A stretch of DNA of 21,847 nt from Fonticula alba ATCC 38817 (taxonomy: Eukaryota > Protista > Nucleariida): the NCBI GenBank assembly GCA_000388065.2, contig KB932205.1; one strand, 5' to 3'. Position 1 is the stretch's first letter; each line of letters starts with the position of its first letter. Made by a program: the position numbers and the translations under genes. Of the stretch, positions 1 through 10,334 are shown piece by piece. A model generated the notes under the pieces. That model did no database searches and was not told where the DNA came from. It saw nothing but the letters and a program-made list of their open reading frames with translations.

Positions 1-139
1 GGGGGGGGGGGCCATCTGTCCGGGAGGCTCCTTTCCGCCCCGGCCCGGCCCCCGCGTCCCTCCAGCGGGCCGGGATTCCCTAAAAAGGCGCCTGTCTGGC
101 TCGAATGATGCCGGATGCGGGCGAGCTGCTGGGCCTGCG

Positions 140-162
140 GAGAGAGAGAGAGAGAGAGAGAG
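140..162. repeat. (GA)n microsatellite
   Basis: Seen directly. Confidence 0.9.
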
Positions 163-2738
163 CCCCTCCCGGCTCCAGACCCCCCTTGCCACCAACCCGA
201 CAATGACAACCGCATCACCCCCCCCTCCCCCTGTCCCTGCCCGGCTGCCGCGCTCGGCTGCCTCTCGATGCCGAACGCGACGTCCCTCTCGAGAGGAGGT
301 CGAGCCCTCTCCCGCCCCCATCAACCCAGGGGCTGCGGTCACCGCCGCGCTCGCCGCGGGCGGCCCATGCAGCGTCGGCGGTCCCTACCGGGGGGGGGGG
401 GGGGGCGTCTAGGCGGGCGAGTGCGCCCCGGCGCCGGCCTCCTCTGGAGATGCGGGGGAGGCCGACCCCAAGCCCGGCCCGCGCAGCGGCGCACGCCTGG
501 CCCTGGGCCCACGGGAGGGGTATAACACACCTCCGGCGAGAGTAACGGCGCGGCCGGCGAAACAACAGATGCCAATGCATGGACGCGCTCCCTGACCCGG
601 TGGCCACGGTGGCCCCCTTTTCCGGGCGATCGCGCATCTCCCCCCCCCCCCCCGTCCTAGCCCCCTGAAGAAGCAGTCAGGCCCAGCCGGCTGCCGGGTG
701 AAGCAGACCCACCGCCAAGGGGCACCAGCCATCACTCAGCCAGCTCGGCCCGGCTGCACCACCGCGCGGGCCGGGCCAAGCCCAGGGCAGTGACCGGCAA
801 GACGCCCGTCATTGTCGTGTGGCCAGCCGCCCGCCGGGCCGCTCTGGCCCTCTCCAGCCGCAGGATCCTGCAAACAATGGACAATGGTGTCATCCACACC
901 AGGGGGGGGGTGGAGGTGGCCCGGCGCTAATGCACCGTGTGTGGTCCTGGGGCACCAGCCGAGAGCGGGGGATGCCCAGCCTCCCGGGGCCCGAGGCGAG
1001 GACGCCAGGAATGGGCCGTTTCCCGCCGGTTGCTTGGGCACGAGAGCAGACCCGCGAGCCGGCCGGGAAGGAGGGCTTCCGGCAGGCCCTGCGCTGGGGC
1101 GATGCCCTTTTTGATGCGCGCCCAAGTGGGCCCCTTTACCCCACCGTCAACAGGTATCCCCTCTGTTCGTCCGCCGTCGGACGTCGCGCCACAGCGCAAC
1201 ACTGTCTTTCCCAAGAGGGCGCCGGTCACTTCGGCTCGTCTTCCCGGCCGCCGGGAACATGCAAAATCACTGGCTCCAGACGAGGCCATCTCGGCGACGT
1301 GGCGGCGTGGCGAAGAGGCGTGCCTCGGTGCAGGGGCGGGGGATGTATGTGGGGACCTTTGCCATGTACACCGCCCCCCGCCCCCCTTCGCCCTCCCAGC
1401 CCGATGCGCGACCCAAGTGCGCCCGGGACGTGCAACCAGGCCGGATGCCCGTTCTCCAGCACCAGCCCATCTGCATGGTGCGCCGCACGAACATGGGCCT
1501 GGACAGCCGGTGGCCTGGGTCGTGTGCGGTGCAATGTGGGCAGGGAGGAGGCTACACTTATGGCGGCGGGAGGGGGCCCATGCATGCGCGTCAGGCATCC
1601 CTCCCCTGGGGAGATTCCTGGACGCTTGAGCGGCGATAACAGTTCAATGACGGCCTGACACCAGCCATCCATCGAGGGCGAAGACCCCGGCGGGTGATCT
1701 CGCTCCCGAGAGATCGACGCGGCCAGTTGTAAAGGGCGATAGGCTGGCCAATCCGCTCCCCCCCCCCCGCTGGTCGCCCGTCCCGCCGGGTGGAGGGAGT
1801 GCGAAGCGGGCATGACGAATATACCCCGGCAGACCCCCCCCCCCCCCCTCCGCGGATCTGCCCAGAGGCCCCCGTTGTAGCACCGCAACCCTGCAATTCC
1901 GAGCGGCAACCCATATACCTTCGGGAGAAAGGCGAGGTCCAACCGGGGACTTGGGCCCCTCCTCCCCCTCGCCCCGAAGAGAACCAAGGATATGAGTGGC
2001 TTTGTTCGCCAGGGCGGGAGGTGACAAGGCAAGATCGACACGCGGCCGGAGCCAGGCGCCGAGGAACGGACGGGCGAGACGGGGGAGCCAGTCTGGTGCC
2101 CTGGTGATTTTATATCTCGTGACTTGGGTGTATGTGGACACATCGGTGTGACCATGTCACGTTTGTGTTGGCGCCGCTGGTGGCCGCAGAGTCCCAACGA
2201 TGTCCGGTAGACGGGCAGATTTCCCCGCGGCATGTGCGCCCGGCCCGGGGATGGTGGCAACTTACAAGGCCACAGGGGGGGGGGGGGGTGTTGTCGTGCT
2301 CTGTCCATGGTCGCCGGAGGGGAAAGAGGGCCCCGGGAGAATGCCAGGCGCGTGGTCCGCTTCCGGACAAATCGGGCTGGAAGAGGGTGGCGCCAGACCC
2401 GGGGAGCCATCCTGCCCCGGACGGGCTTCCTGGGGGGGGGGGGGGGAGGGCTCGCCAACGGAACACTCCGCCGACCGCGGTCAACGCTGCCCGACCGCCG
2501 GGGCGGCGAAAGCCCCCCAGCCATGCGCGGCCACGTTCCCCGGTGCCCTCGGCCCTTTCTCGCCTCTCTCCCGCCGCCCTTGCCGGCTCCTCGGCCGTGA
2601 CGCCCTGACGCGAATGGTGATGGGAGACCGGCCCGGTGACCGCGCCGGAGGGGTGTCCTCTTCCCCCTGCGCAAGGAGGACAGTCAGCGAACGGGGGCGG
2701 GCCGGGGGCCTGGGGGGGGGGGGGCTATTCCGGTCAAG

Positions 2739-3392
2739 NNNNNNNNNNNNNNNNNNNNNNNNNNNNNNNNNNNNNNNNNNNNNNNNNNNNNNNNNNNNNN
2801 NNNNNNNNNNNNNNNNNNNNNNNNNNNNNNNNNNNNNNNNNNNNNNNNNNNNNNNNNNNNNNNNNNNNNNNNNNNNNNNNNNNNNNNNNNNNNNNNNNNN
2901 NNNNNNNNNNNNNNNNNNNNNNNNNNNNNNNNNNNNNNNNNNNNNNNNNNNNNNNNNNNNNNNNNNNNNNNNNNNNNNNNNNNNNNNNNNNNNNNNNNNN
3001 NNNNNNNNNNNNNNNNNNNNNNNNNNNNNNNNNNNNNNNNNNNNNNNNNNNNNNNNNNNNNNNNNNNNNNNNNNNNNNNNNNNNNNNNNNNNNNNNNNNN
3101 NNNNNNNNNNNNNNNNNNNNNNNNNNNNNNNNNNNNNNNNNNNNNNNNNNNNNNNNNNNNNNNNNNNNNNNNNNNNNNNNNNNNNNNNNNNNNNNNNNNN
3201 NNNNNNNNNNNNNNNNNNNNNNNNNNNNNNNNNNNNNNNNNNNNNNNNNNNNNNNNNNNNNNNNNNNNNNNNNNNNNNNNNNNNNNNNNNNNNNNNNNNN
3301 NNNNNNNNNNNNNNNNNNNNNNNNNNNNNNNNNNNNNNNNNNNNNNNNNNNNNNNNNNNNNNNNNNNNNNNNNNNNNNNNNNNNNNNNNNNN
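2739..3392. other. Assembly gap (N)
   Basis: N run. Other gaps are at 9783-10178, 13481-13646, 16937-17039 and 20259-20440. Confidence 0.99.
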
Positions 3393-5020
3393 GGAGTTCA
3401 CATGGAGGTCGGGATGTTCAAACACGGCGACCCGAGGGCCAGGCCAGTCAATGGACAGAAACACCACAGGGGGGGGGGAGCGGGCCAAACACATGTACAT
3501 GTGGATCGATGATGGGTGAAGATCGACGCCAACATCTTCGTCGCCCCCCCCCCTCCCACTTTTCTTGGGCAGACTTATGTCCCTTTCTGGGAGGAATGCC
3601 GAACGCACATCGTGCTCTCGTCGCAGGGCCACAGGCAAAGAGGACTTGGTCTTTTTCCATCATTCACCCCCCCCCCCTCCCCCCTTCCTGACCGTATAAT
3701 GGGCATCAATGAGAGGGGTCTCTTCGCTGGGATGCATTATTCGAGTGCTCCCGGGAGTGGGCGGTGTCGCCGAATGCGTATATCGCCGAGGGCGCACGGG
3801 AGCTTGACCTCCCCAGAGCCTCTCCGAGCAGACTGGCACAAGGTCTCAAAGGGCGTGTCTGGGGCCTTGATGTGCCATGTGTGCCCCTTGCACGAGGGTC
3901 TCCTGGCTGGACAGGGTGTGGGCGTGAAAGCCCGAAACACGGAGCGAACACGCAGGGTGGCGGAAAAAGGGCCGCCCTTCGTTGTGTCCTGGGACTTCAA
4001 TCTGGGCGGTGGGACTGGGCGAAAACGCCCACCAGCGGGCGCCCCCCGAGCAGCAGACATGGGCCCTGCTGCACACGGCCAGCGGACATGTCTCCACCAG
4101 ACCCGGGGGGGGGGGGGCCTAAAAGAGGCCGGCCCATCAGGAGAGGGACTTCCCCCGAAACTTGGAGACTGCGGGTCCAAGAAGGCAGGTCGAACGCACA
4201 GGAGCAGCTCCAAAATTCTGCGCAGATAGACAGCTTGAGGCCTGCCCTGGGGAATGTCCGGAGCGTCGTGCGGGCCCCTCCGTCTGGGGGGCGAGGAGGG
4301 AGGGGGGGGGGGCAGCACGGACACGGGGCGCCCCTCGGCCCCCCGCCCCCCAGGTCGAGGGGCGCCTGTCTCAGCTGGGCAGGCGCGCACTACATCCAAA
4401 CCCTGAGCGTGGCCACAATTACCGAGCCCCCGCTGTGGCAACCATGGGTGCGAGACCCCTCACGTCTCAGAGTTCGTGGGAGCCTGCGCGGGTTTCGGAG
4501 TCACAACACATAAAAAGGGCCGCAGGGGCGCCGGGGGAGGCCCGGCACCAGCGAGACCTGCCCCCGACCGCGCGGTGGCCATTTTCCCGGCCCAGCGCGC
4601 CGAAACCCCACGGAAGATGCTGCTGCTCGGGACTGGGCCGGAGGCCTCGCGCTCAGACACACCCGTGCCGGGACTCGCGCGCCGCCCCCTCGCGGGAGGT
4701 GGCCATTGTGCACGCAGTCTCCCTGGCCCAGAGGGGCGGGGGCTGCACTGCCTGCAACCGGCCACAGGGCCCGTGCGAATATGGACGCCCCCCTCCAGAA
4801 CAGGGGGGGGGGGGGGCAAATGATGGGCCCAACCTAGAGGGTCCGGGACCCCCGTTCGGGCGCATGGACATATCCGTCCATAGCAGCCGCATAGCAAGGG
4901 GGGCGGGGGGGGGGGGGAAGGAGGTCAATGATGGTGCGCATGTGCGTGCGGGCACCGAGGAGATAGGCACATGGCAGAGGGAGGGAGGGAGAGAGAGAGA
5001 GAGAGGAGGGCAGGACGCAC

Positions 5021-5268
5021 AGAGATGACAGATCCTCCACCAGGAAGAGGTCATGGTCGAAGACATACATGACGAAGGCCGCGATGTCGTGCATGCCCTG
5101 GCGGTACGACAACGAGGGGTGCTGGAAGGAATAGATGGCCAGGATGTTGGCCAGGCGCGATTGCACCGAGGGAAGCCGGAAATAGGCCAGCTCGGGGAAG
5201 GTCCGCTTGACGTCCTGCTCGATGATGCGGTACAACTCGTCGATGACGCGCTTCTTGCTCCAAACAGA
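5021..5268 (-). CDS. TBC1D5: Internal exon of a TBC-domain Rab GTPase-activating protein, TBC1D5-like (partial gene)
   Basis: Translation SVWSKKRVIDELYRIIEQDVKRTFPELAYFRLPSVQSRLANILAIYSFQHPSLSYRQGMHDIAAFVMYVFDHDLFLVEDLSS carries both TBC catalytic fingers (IxxDxxR: IEQDVKRTFP; YxQ: YRQGMH). IEQDVKRTFPE and QGMH are the TBC1D5-type versions. The exon is bounded by a CAG acceptor (5271-5269) and a GTGCGT donor (5020-5015) followed by a CT-rich intron. Confidence 0.85.
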
Positions 5269-5293
5269 CTGGTCCAGAGGCCGCCCAGGGGGC

Positions 5294-5295
<2 letters not shown>

Positions 5296-5363
<68 letters not shown>
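5296..5363. repeat. 68-nt G homopolymer (inside a predicted minus-strand intron)
   Basis: Seen directly. The true length may be unreliable in the assembly. Confidence 0.85.
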
Positions 5364-5365
<2 letters not shown>

Positions 5366-5383
5366 TGCGAAAGGCAGACGCAC

Positions 5384-5470
5384 CCGCGTGCCACCAGGCG
5401 CGCTTTCTCCGAGGGCCGGCAGGTTTGGCCCGCTTTGGGCACCTTCCCCCCCCCCCCCCCCTGGTGGCAT
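5384..5470 (-). CDS. Probable upstream exon segment of the TBC gene (MPPGGGGGEGAQSGPNLPALGESAPGGTR); 5' boundary uncertain
   Basis: Ends at a GTGCGT donor (5383-5378) in phase 0, matching the phase-0 acceptor of the TBC exon. The intervening intron holds the 68-nt G-run (a C-run on the sense strand). Homology is weak, and the open frame extends further upstream, so the start is unresolved. Confidence 0.35.
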
Positions 5471-6071
5471 TTTATCTCCCTCTCTTGCCCCACCCAACTG
5501 GAAGGAGGCCCCGATCTCGATCTCCCTAGATCCCACACTCTGGGCGATCTGTACGTGCGGATGCTCCCACCTGCCTTCCTTTGGGCTCTGGCCCCGATCT
5601 CTCCCGGGCCCCGGTCCGTGTTGACCCCCCGCCCCACCCCGCCATGCCGGAAACCAGGAAAAGCCGGAACGCGTGCGGGGTGGCGCGGCCAGGCACGCCT
5701 CCATGAGGCCCGCGTCCGAGCGCGATAGGCAGCCCAGGCTCCGGCACCCTCCCGTTGACTCATCTACTGTCGCCCCCCGTCTCCCCCCTGCCCGCCTGCC
5801 CCCCTCTTCGCCACGTTTCCGCGTCTTGCGCCTCCATCTCCTTCGCTGCCCCAGCCCCCGCCCCACCCCCCCACCCCACCCCCCTCGAAACAAGGCTCCT
5901 GTCGCGCACAGGGGCCTCCTCCCCCGCCCCCCTTCAAAGGCAAGCCAGGTGACCATGTCAGGGACAGCACCCCATCCCCCCCTCCCCACACACACACACA
6001 TAGACACAATTGGCACAGCTTCTTCCAGTACCCCGCGTGCCCTTCCTTTTTCTTTCGTCCACAGGCGCGCC

Positions 6072-8929
6072 ATGTCCACGCGTCGTCTAAGATCACATCT
6101 TGCCTCGGACGACTCGCTGCCCCCTCGGCTGGAGGATGATGTCGCCCCGAGCACCCGGCGCCGCGGCCGTGCGCCAGTCAGCTACCTCGAGTCGGACTCC
6201 GAGGAGGATGTTGCGCCGCGCCAAGCCGGTCGTAGGCGGCTGGCGGCCCGGTCGCGCCTGGACGACAGTCCGCCGGCGAGGCAGCCACCGGCCAAGCGCG
6301 CCAGGCGCGCCGGCCGCCGGGCATTCCCTGACAGCGAGGAGGACTTTTCGGCCAGCTCCTCCGAGGACGACGAGATGCGCCCCTCTCGGTCGGCCTCGGT
6401 GTTCAACGACCTGGACGACTTGTCACCACCGTCGTCTCCCGGCGACCAGGGCCTGGGGCCGGTGTCAGCCACCCGGCGCAGCAGTCGCCAGCGACACGCG
6501 GTGGATGATGAGCTGGCGCGCCTGCGCGCGGCCCGCAGCCAGGGGGCCACCCTTCGCGTGGCCGCGGCGCCGGCCTTCAGCCACGACGACACCGACGACG
6601 AGGATGGCCTGGGAGTGAGCGCCGCACCGGCCGGCCGCTTGCGCCGGCTGTCCCGCTCGGCCCTCGAGCAGGAGGATCTCCAGGTGTCGGAGTCCCTCCG
6701 GCAGGATCTCCTGTCCGGGGGCGGCTTCTCCGAGGATGAGGACGACCTCGCCGCCGAGGAGATGATCAACCTGAAGGCGGCACGTGCACGCCTGCTGGCG
6801 GCCAGCCGCCGCCGTGCCGCCGCGGCCGCCGCTCTGGCCATGCCGGCAGCACCGGCGTCATTGATCGAGCCGGCGGCTGGGCCGCGCCCGGGCAGCCGGG
6901 CAGCCGCGCGAGCTGCGCGAGCCGCACGCCCAGGTGCTGACACCGGCGCCGCCGCGGCCCCCAGCCCCGGCATTGACAATGCCAATGACGAGGATGAGGA
7001 CGACTTTGAGGATGTGCTTGTGTCGGACTTGGGCTCGGACTCGCCGGACCCCGGGTCCACCACCGAGTCCCTCAAGTCGACATCTCCCAGCCTGCCCACC
7101 ACCCTGGCGGCCTGCTCCGGGCAGATCGAGGCCACTGGCGCCGGGGGGCCGGGCCGACCGCTTGGTACGTCCGCCCCGGCGCCGGGGGAGGGGCCCGCAC
7201 GGGGCCGCCCCTCGCTGATCATGCAGCTTCTCCACGGTCGCGGGGCTTCGGCGACACCCGTCGATGGCAAGCCACTGACCCCACCCGCACCTTCCATGGT
7301 CCGGGCCCTGACACAGCCTTGCTCTGATGCGGAGACCCTTTCGCCCCGGCGGCGTCGCAGCCGGCTGGTGCTCGATGGCGACATCGACCAGGCGTCGGCC
7401 GGGGCGGCACCTGCCGGCGCGCCGATCGCCGCGCTGGACTACGATTCGACCACTCGCCCCTTTCAGTTGTCCGATGTCGCCCTGGGGCCGCATGCCGACC
7501 CGATGGCCCGGACCATGGTTGTCCTGGCTGGCACCGGCCGTCGCGATGCCCGCGCGGGTTCTGACAGCGACCGCTCGGCCGGCTGGTGGCCCCCCTCGGA
7601 TGCGGAAGCCGACTCGGATCTGGATGACTTCATCGAGCATGATACCTCCAGTGAGGAGGAGCATGAGGAGGAAGGCCCAGCGGGGGACGACCAGCCGGGG
7701 GCAGGCCCGGTGACCTCTGGCAGGGTCGGGCCCTTCCGCACCATTGATCAATACTTCCGACATGGGGCCGGCCGAGCTCCACGGCCGCGACCGGCCCTGC
7801 TGGCGCACTTCCCCTACATCCGGTGTCTGCCGCCACCGCATGATACGGTTGGCCTGTTCCTCTTCCACCGACTGTACATGGCCCTCGGCTTCCGGGAGGT
7901 TGAGGATGCCGAGCGTGGTGCGAGTGGCGACGGTGACGCGGATGTGCCCTCGCCGCACCTCCATGCCCTGCGTCGGGCCCTTGGCACCATTCGCCGGCGT
8001 GCGGACACCTACCGCGGGTCTCTTGTGTCCAGTAGCACCTGGCGGCCGGACTTTGAGGTATGTCCATCAACATGGCACACGCACGCGCACACGCACATAT
8101 ATTTGTGTATATTGCAAGGCTGTACTCCTCTCGGTCTGGACACTGGCCCAATGTGGCTTTCGCGCCACTGACGAAGCCCGATCATGCTCTCCTGCCCCCT
8201 CGATGTCCGACGCAGCTGGCCCTCCGGTCCTTCTTCGACTTCGACTTCGTGGCCCCGGGCGGGGGCGCCCAAACCCGAGCGCCCATCGGCCGGGGTGCCC
8301 GGCGTGCCCTGTCCGATGGCATCGGCGCCGGCTATATGTGCTATGCTTGCCGGCGACCGCACCGTGGCGCCGATCCGGTCATAGTTCGACTGTCCGATCG
8401 AGCGGTGGACGGGATGCCCCCGGGGCCTGAGGACCCGCCGCCCCTCCGGGAAGACCTGGAGGGCGAGCATGCCAGCAATCCCGGCGATGTGGGCCACGAT
8501 GGCGACCACAGCGACCCCCTTTCGCCGGATGTACACGACACACTGGCTGGCGATCTGCGACGGGCGGCCCGCGATGCGCTCGCCGAGTCCGGCCGCACTC
8601 TGGCCCCGGCCGCCGGGCCATCGGATGATGGGCTCCCGTCATCCGAGGCCACCCTCTTCCATGTGCGCATTGCGGCCGATGGCCGCGAGGCCGAATACCT
8701 GGTAGGCCGGCAGTGTGCCCAGCGAAGTGATGTCTACCATCGCCTGGTGCATTTGGAGCAGCGCCTGGAGCATGGTATCAAGCTTGAGGTCCTCCGGCAC
8801 CGCATTGATCATCCGTCGGCCGGGCGCCTGGAGTTGTTGGATCTGATTTCCTCCGACGCGGAGTGGCTGGCCGCTGGCCGGCACCAGGTGGCCGACACAT
8901 TGGATGCAGCATCGGCCTTCCGAGGGTAG
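6072..8929 (+). CDS. CCDC82: CCDC82-like / DUF4211-family protein; exons 6072-8057 and 8216-8929 (~899 aa)
   Basis: ATG at 6072 (gcgcgccATG). Long Arg-rich and acidic low-complexity N-terminus with DSDLDDFIEHD. GTATGT donor at 8058 and polypyrimidine+CAG acceptor at 8215 join in frame to give SLVSSSTWRPDFE|LALRSFFDF. Followed by CYACRRPH and YLVGRQCAQRSDVYHRLVHLEQRL, which match my recollection of the DUF4211/CCDC82 pattern (S-S-x-W..F..AL; CxxC; G-x-x-C..R..YH.L.H). The family call is by eye, not by HMM. Confidence 0.7.
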
Positions 8930-9196
8930 AGATGGTCGCCATAGAGCCTCTGTGCGCCTCCCCGGTCGGATGGATGTTGGCATCCTCTTCCCAAACACGC
9001 ACACACCCCCACCCTGCACATCGCCCAAAAGGGCTCTGTATATTGGCCGCTGAATTTGCACATTTTTTACTGATAGCGCCCGTGCCCCACTCGCGGGGTG
9101 TGCCCTTCCGGTGTGCTCCGTTCTGCAGCTCTTCGTGCTGAGTGGGAGGAGGCGGGGGGGGGGGGGGCGAGGGACGGGAGGCGGAGATGGGGAGAT

Positions 9197-9384
9197 GACA
9201 AAACCGAAAGACCGGCCGACATCTTTTCGTTTTGTCTGCCGCCAGGTCTAAGATCGCACGTCGTGTGATTGGCGTTGATCACGCCAGGTGGGTTCAACCC
9301 TAAAAACCCTGCCCGGATGGGTTACCGCTGGTGCCTGCACGTTCGGCGGATGAGCGTTTGCATTTGACAAAGGAGGCCTTTTTT
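9197..9384 (+). ncRNA. Candidate structured small RNA, identity unknown
   Basis: Consecutive hairpins, a B-box-like GTTCAACCC and a T6 run at 9379-9384. No Rfam family recognised by eye. Confidence 0.2.
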
Positions 9385-9507
9385 ATTCCGACCCACATAT
9401 TCAAGATGGAGAGGGAGAGAGAGGTGGCTTCCCCCTGAAGCGAGATGGTTGTCTTCGGTTCTCGCCCACGAGGGGGGGCCACGCCCCGGGGGCGGTGCCA
9501 ATGTACC

Positions 9508-9530
9508 GAGAGAGAGAGAGAGAGAGAGAG
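9508..9530. repeat. (GA)n microsatellite
   Basis: Seen directly. Confidence 0.9.
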
Positions 9531-9782
9531 CGGGGCGGAGCGGGGGCAGAACGAGGGGGAGCCGGGCGGACGGTGTGCCCTGGGCTGCGGCTTTCAACCC
9601 CAGGGACGACGCGCATGCTCTCCGGCGAGTTGTCCTCCTCCCGCGCCGTCGGGGGGGGGGGACGGGGCACACTGGTGGCGGGGGCAGACGTGTCCGTGGG
9701 GGGATTATTCTCTCGAGCAGGAGGGAGCGGGAGGGGGGTGGGGGCGGGCCGCCGCGGTTTTCCGGCGGCTTGGGACGGCGTG

Positions 9783-10178
9783 NNNNNNNNNNNNNNNNNN
9801 NNNNNNNNNNNNNNNNNNNNNNNNNNNNNNNNNNNNNNNNNNNNNNNNNNNNNNNNNNNNNNNNNNNNNNNNNNNNNNNNNNNNNNNNNNNNNNNNNNNN
9901 NNNNNNNNNNNNNNNNNNNNNNNNNNNNNNNNNNNNNNNNNNNNNNNNNNNNNNNNNNNNNNNNNNNNNNNNNNNNNNNNNNNNNNNNNNNNNNNNNNNN
10001 NNNNNNNNNNNNNNNNNNNNNNNNNNNNNNNNNNNNNNNNNNNNNNNNNNNNNNNNNNNNNNNNNNNNNNNNNNNNNNNNNNNNNNNNNNNNNNNNNNNN
10101 NNNNNNNNNNNNNNNNNNNNNNNNNNNNNNNNNNNNNNNNNNNNNNNNNNNNNNNNNNNNNNNNNNNNNNNNNNNNNN
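9783..10178. other. Assembly gap (N) upstream of RPL12
   Basis: N run. Confidence 0.99.
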
Positions 10179-10334
10179 GGGCGAGGAGATGGAGGGCGGG
10201 GACCGGCGGGGGCGCGCGTGCACGCGGAAAAACATTAAAGTGCCACTACCCCTGTGGCCCATCGCACCAGCAGGAGAGCCTCTACTATTCGTTTTCGGTT
10301 GTTTTTCCCATCTGATACGAGTAACTAGGCCAAC

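Noticed and set aside
2200-3691. Long ORFs in the track spanning N gaps (also 9445-10737, 13136-13858, 19810-21260)
   Set aside because: They are open only because N codons contain no stops; the translated flanks are low-complexity GC-derived sequence.
4653-5728. Poly-Pro and poly-Gly ORFs and the antisense ORF 5053-5529
   Set aside because: They arise from the 68-nt G run and from shadow frames of the TBC exon.
5655-5747. Minus-strand GVPGRATPHAFRLFL resembling TBC motif A (GIPxxLRPxVWKLLL)
   Set aside because: The key Arg and Trp are absent, and no suitable donor links this frame to the downstream exons. Kept only as a possibility.
6182-7964. Long minus-strand ORFs (400 aa and 368 aa) opposite the DUF4211 gene
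   Set aside because: Typical antisense shadows of GC-rich coding DNA with no recognisable motifs.
9248-9370. U1-like (GATCACG..AGGTGG, TGCAC, ATTTG) and U2-like (CTAAGATC) words
   Set aside because: No ACTTAC 5' end, stem-loop I cannot form around GATCACG, no stem-loop after the Sm-like site, and no GTAGTA branch-recognition sequence.
9311-9400. GCCCGGATG, identical to the 5' end of animal tRNA-Sec
   Set aside because: No TCA anticodon arm, no T-arm and no complementary 3' acceptor strand follow.
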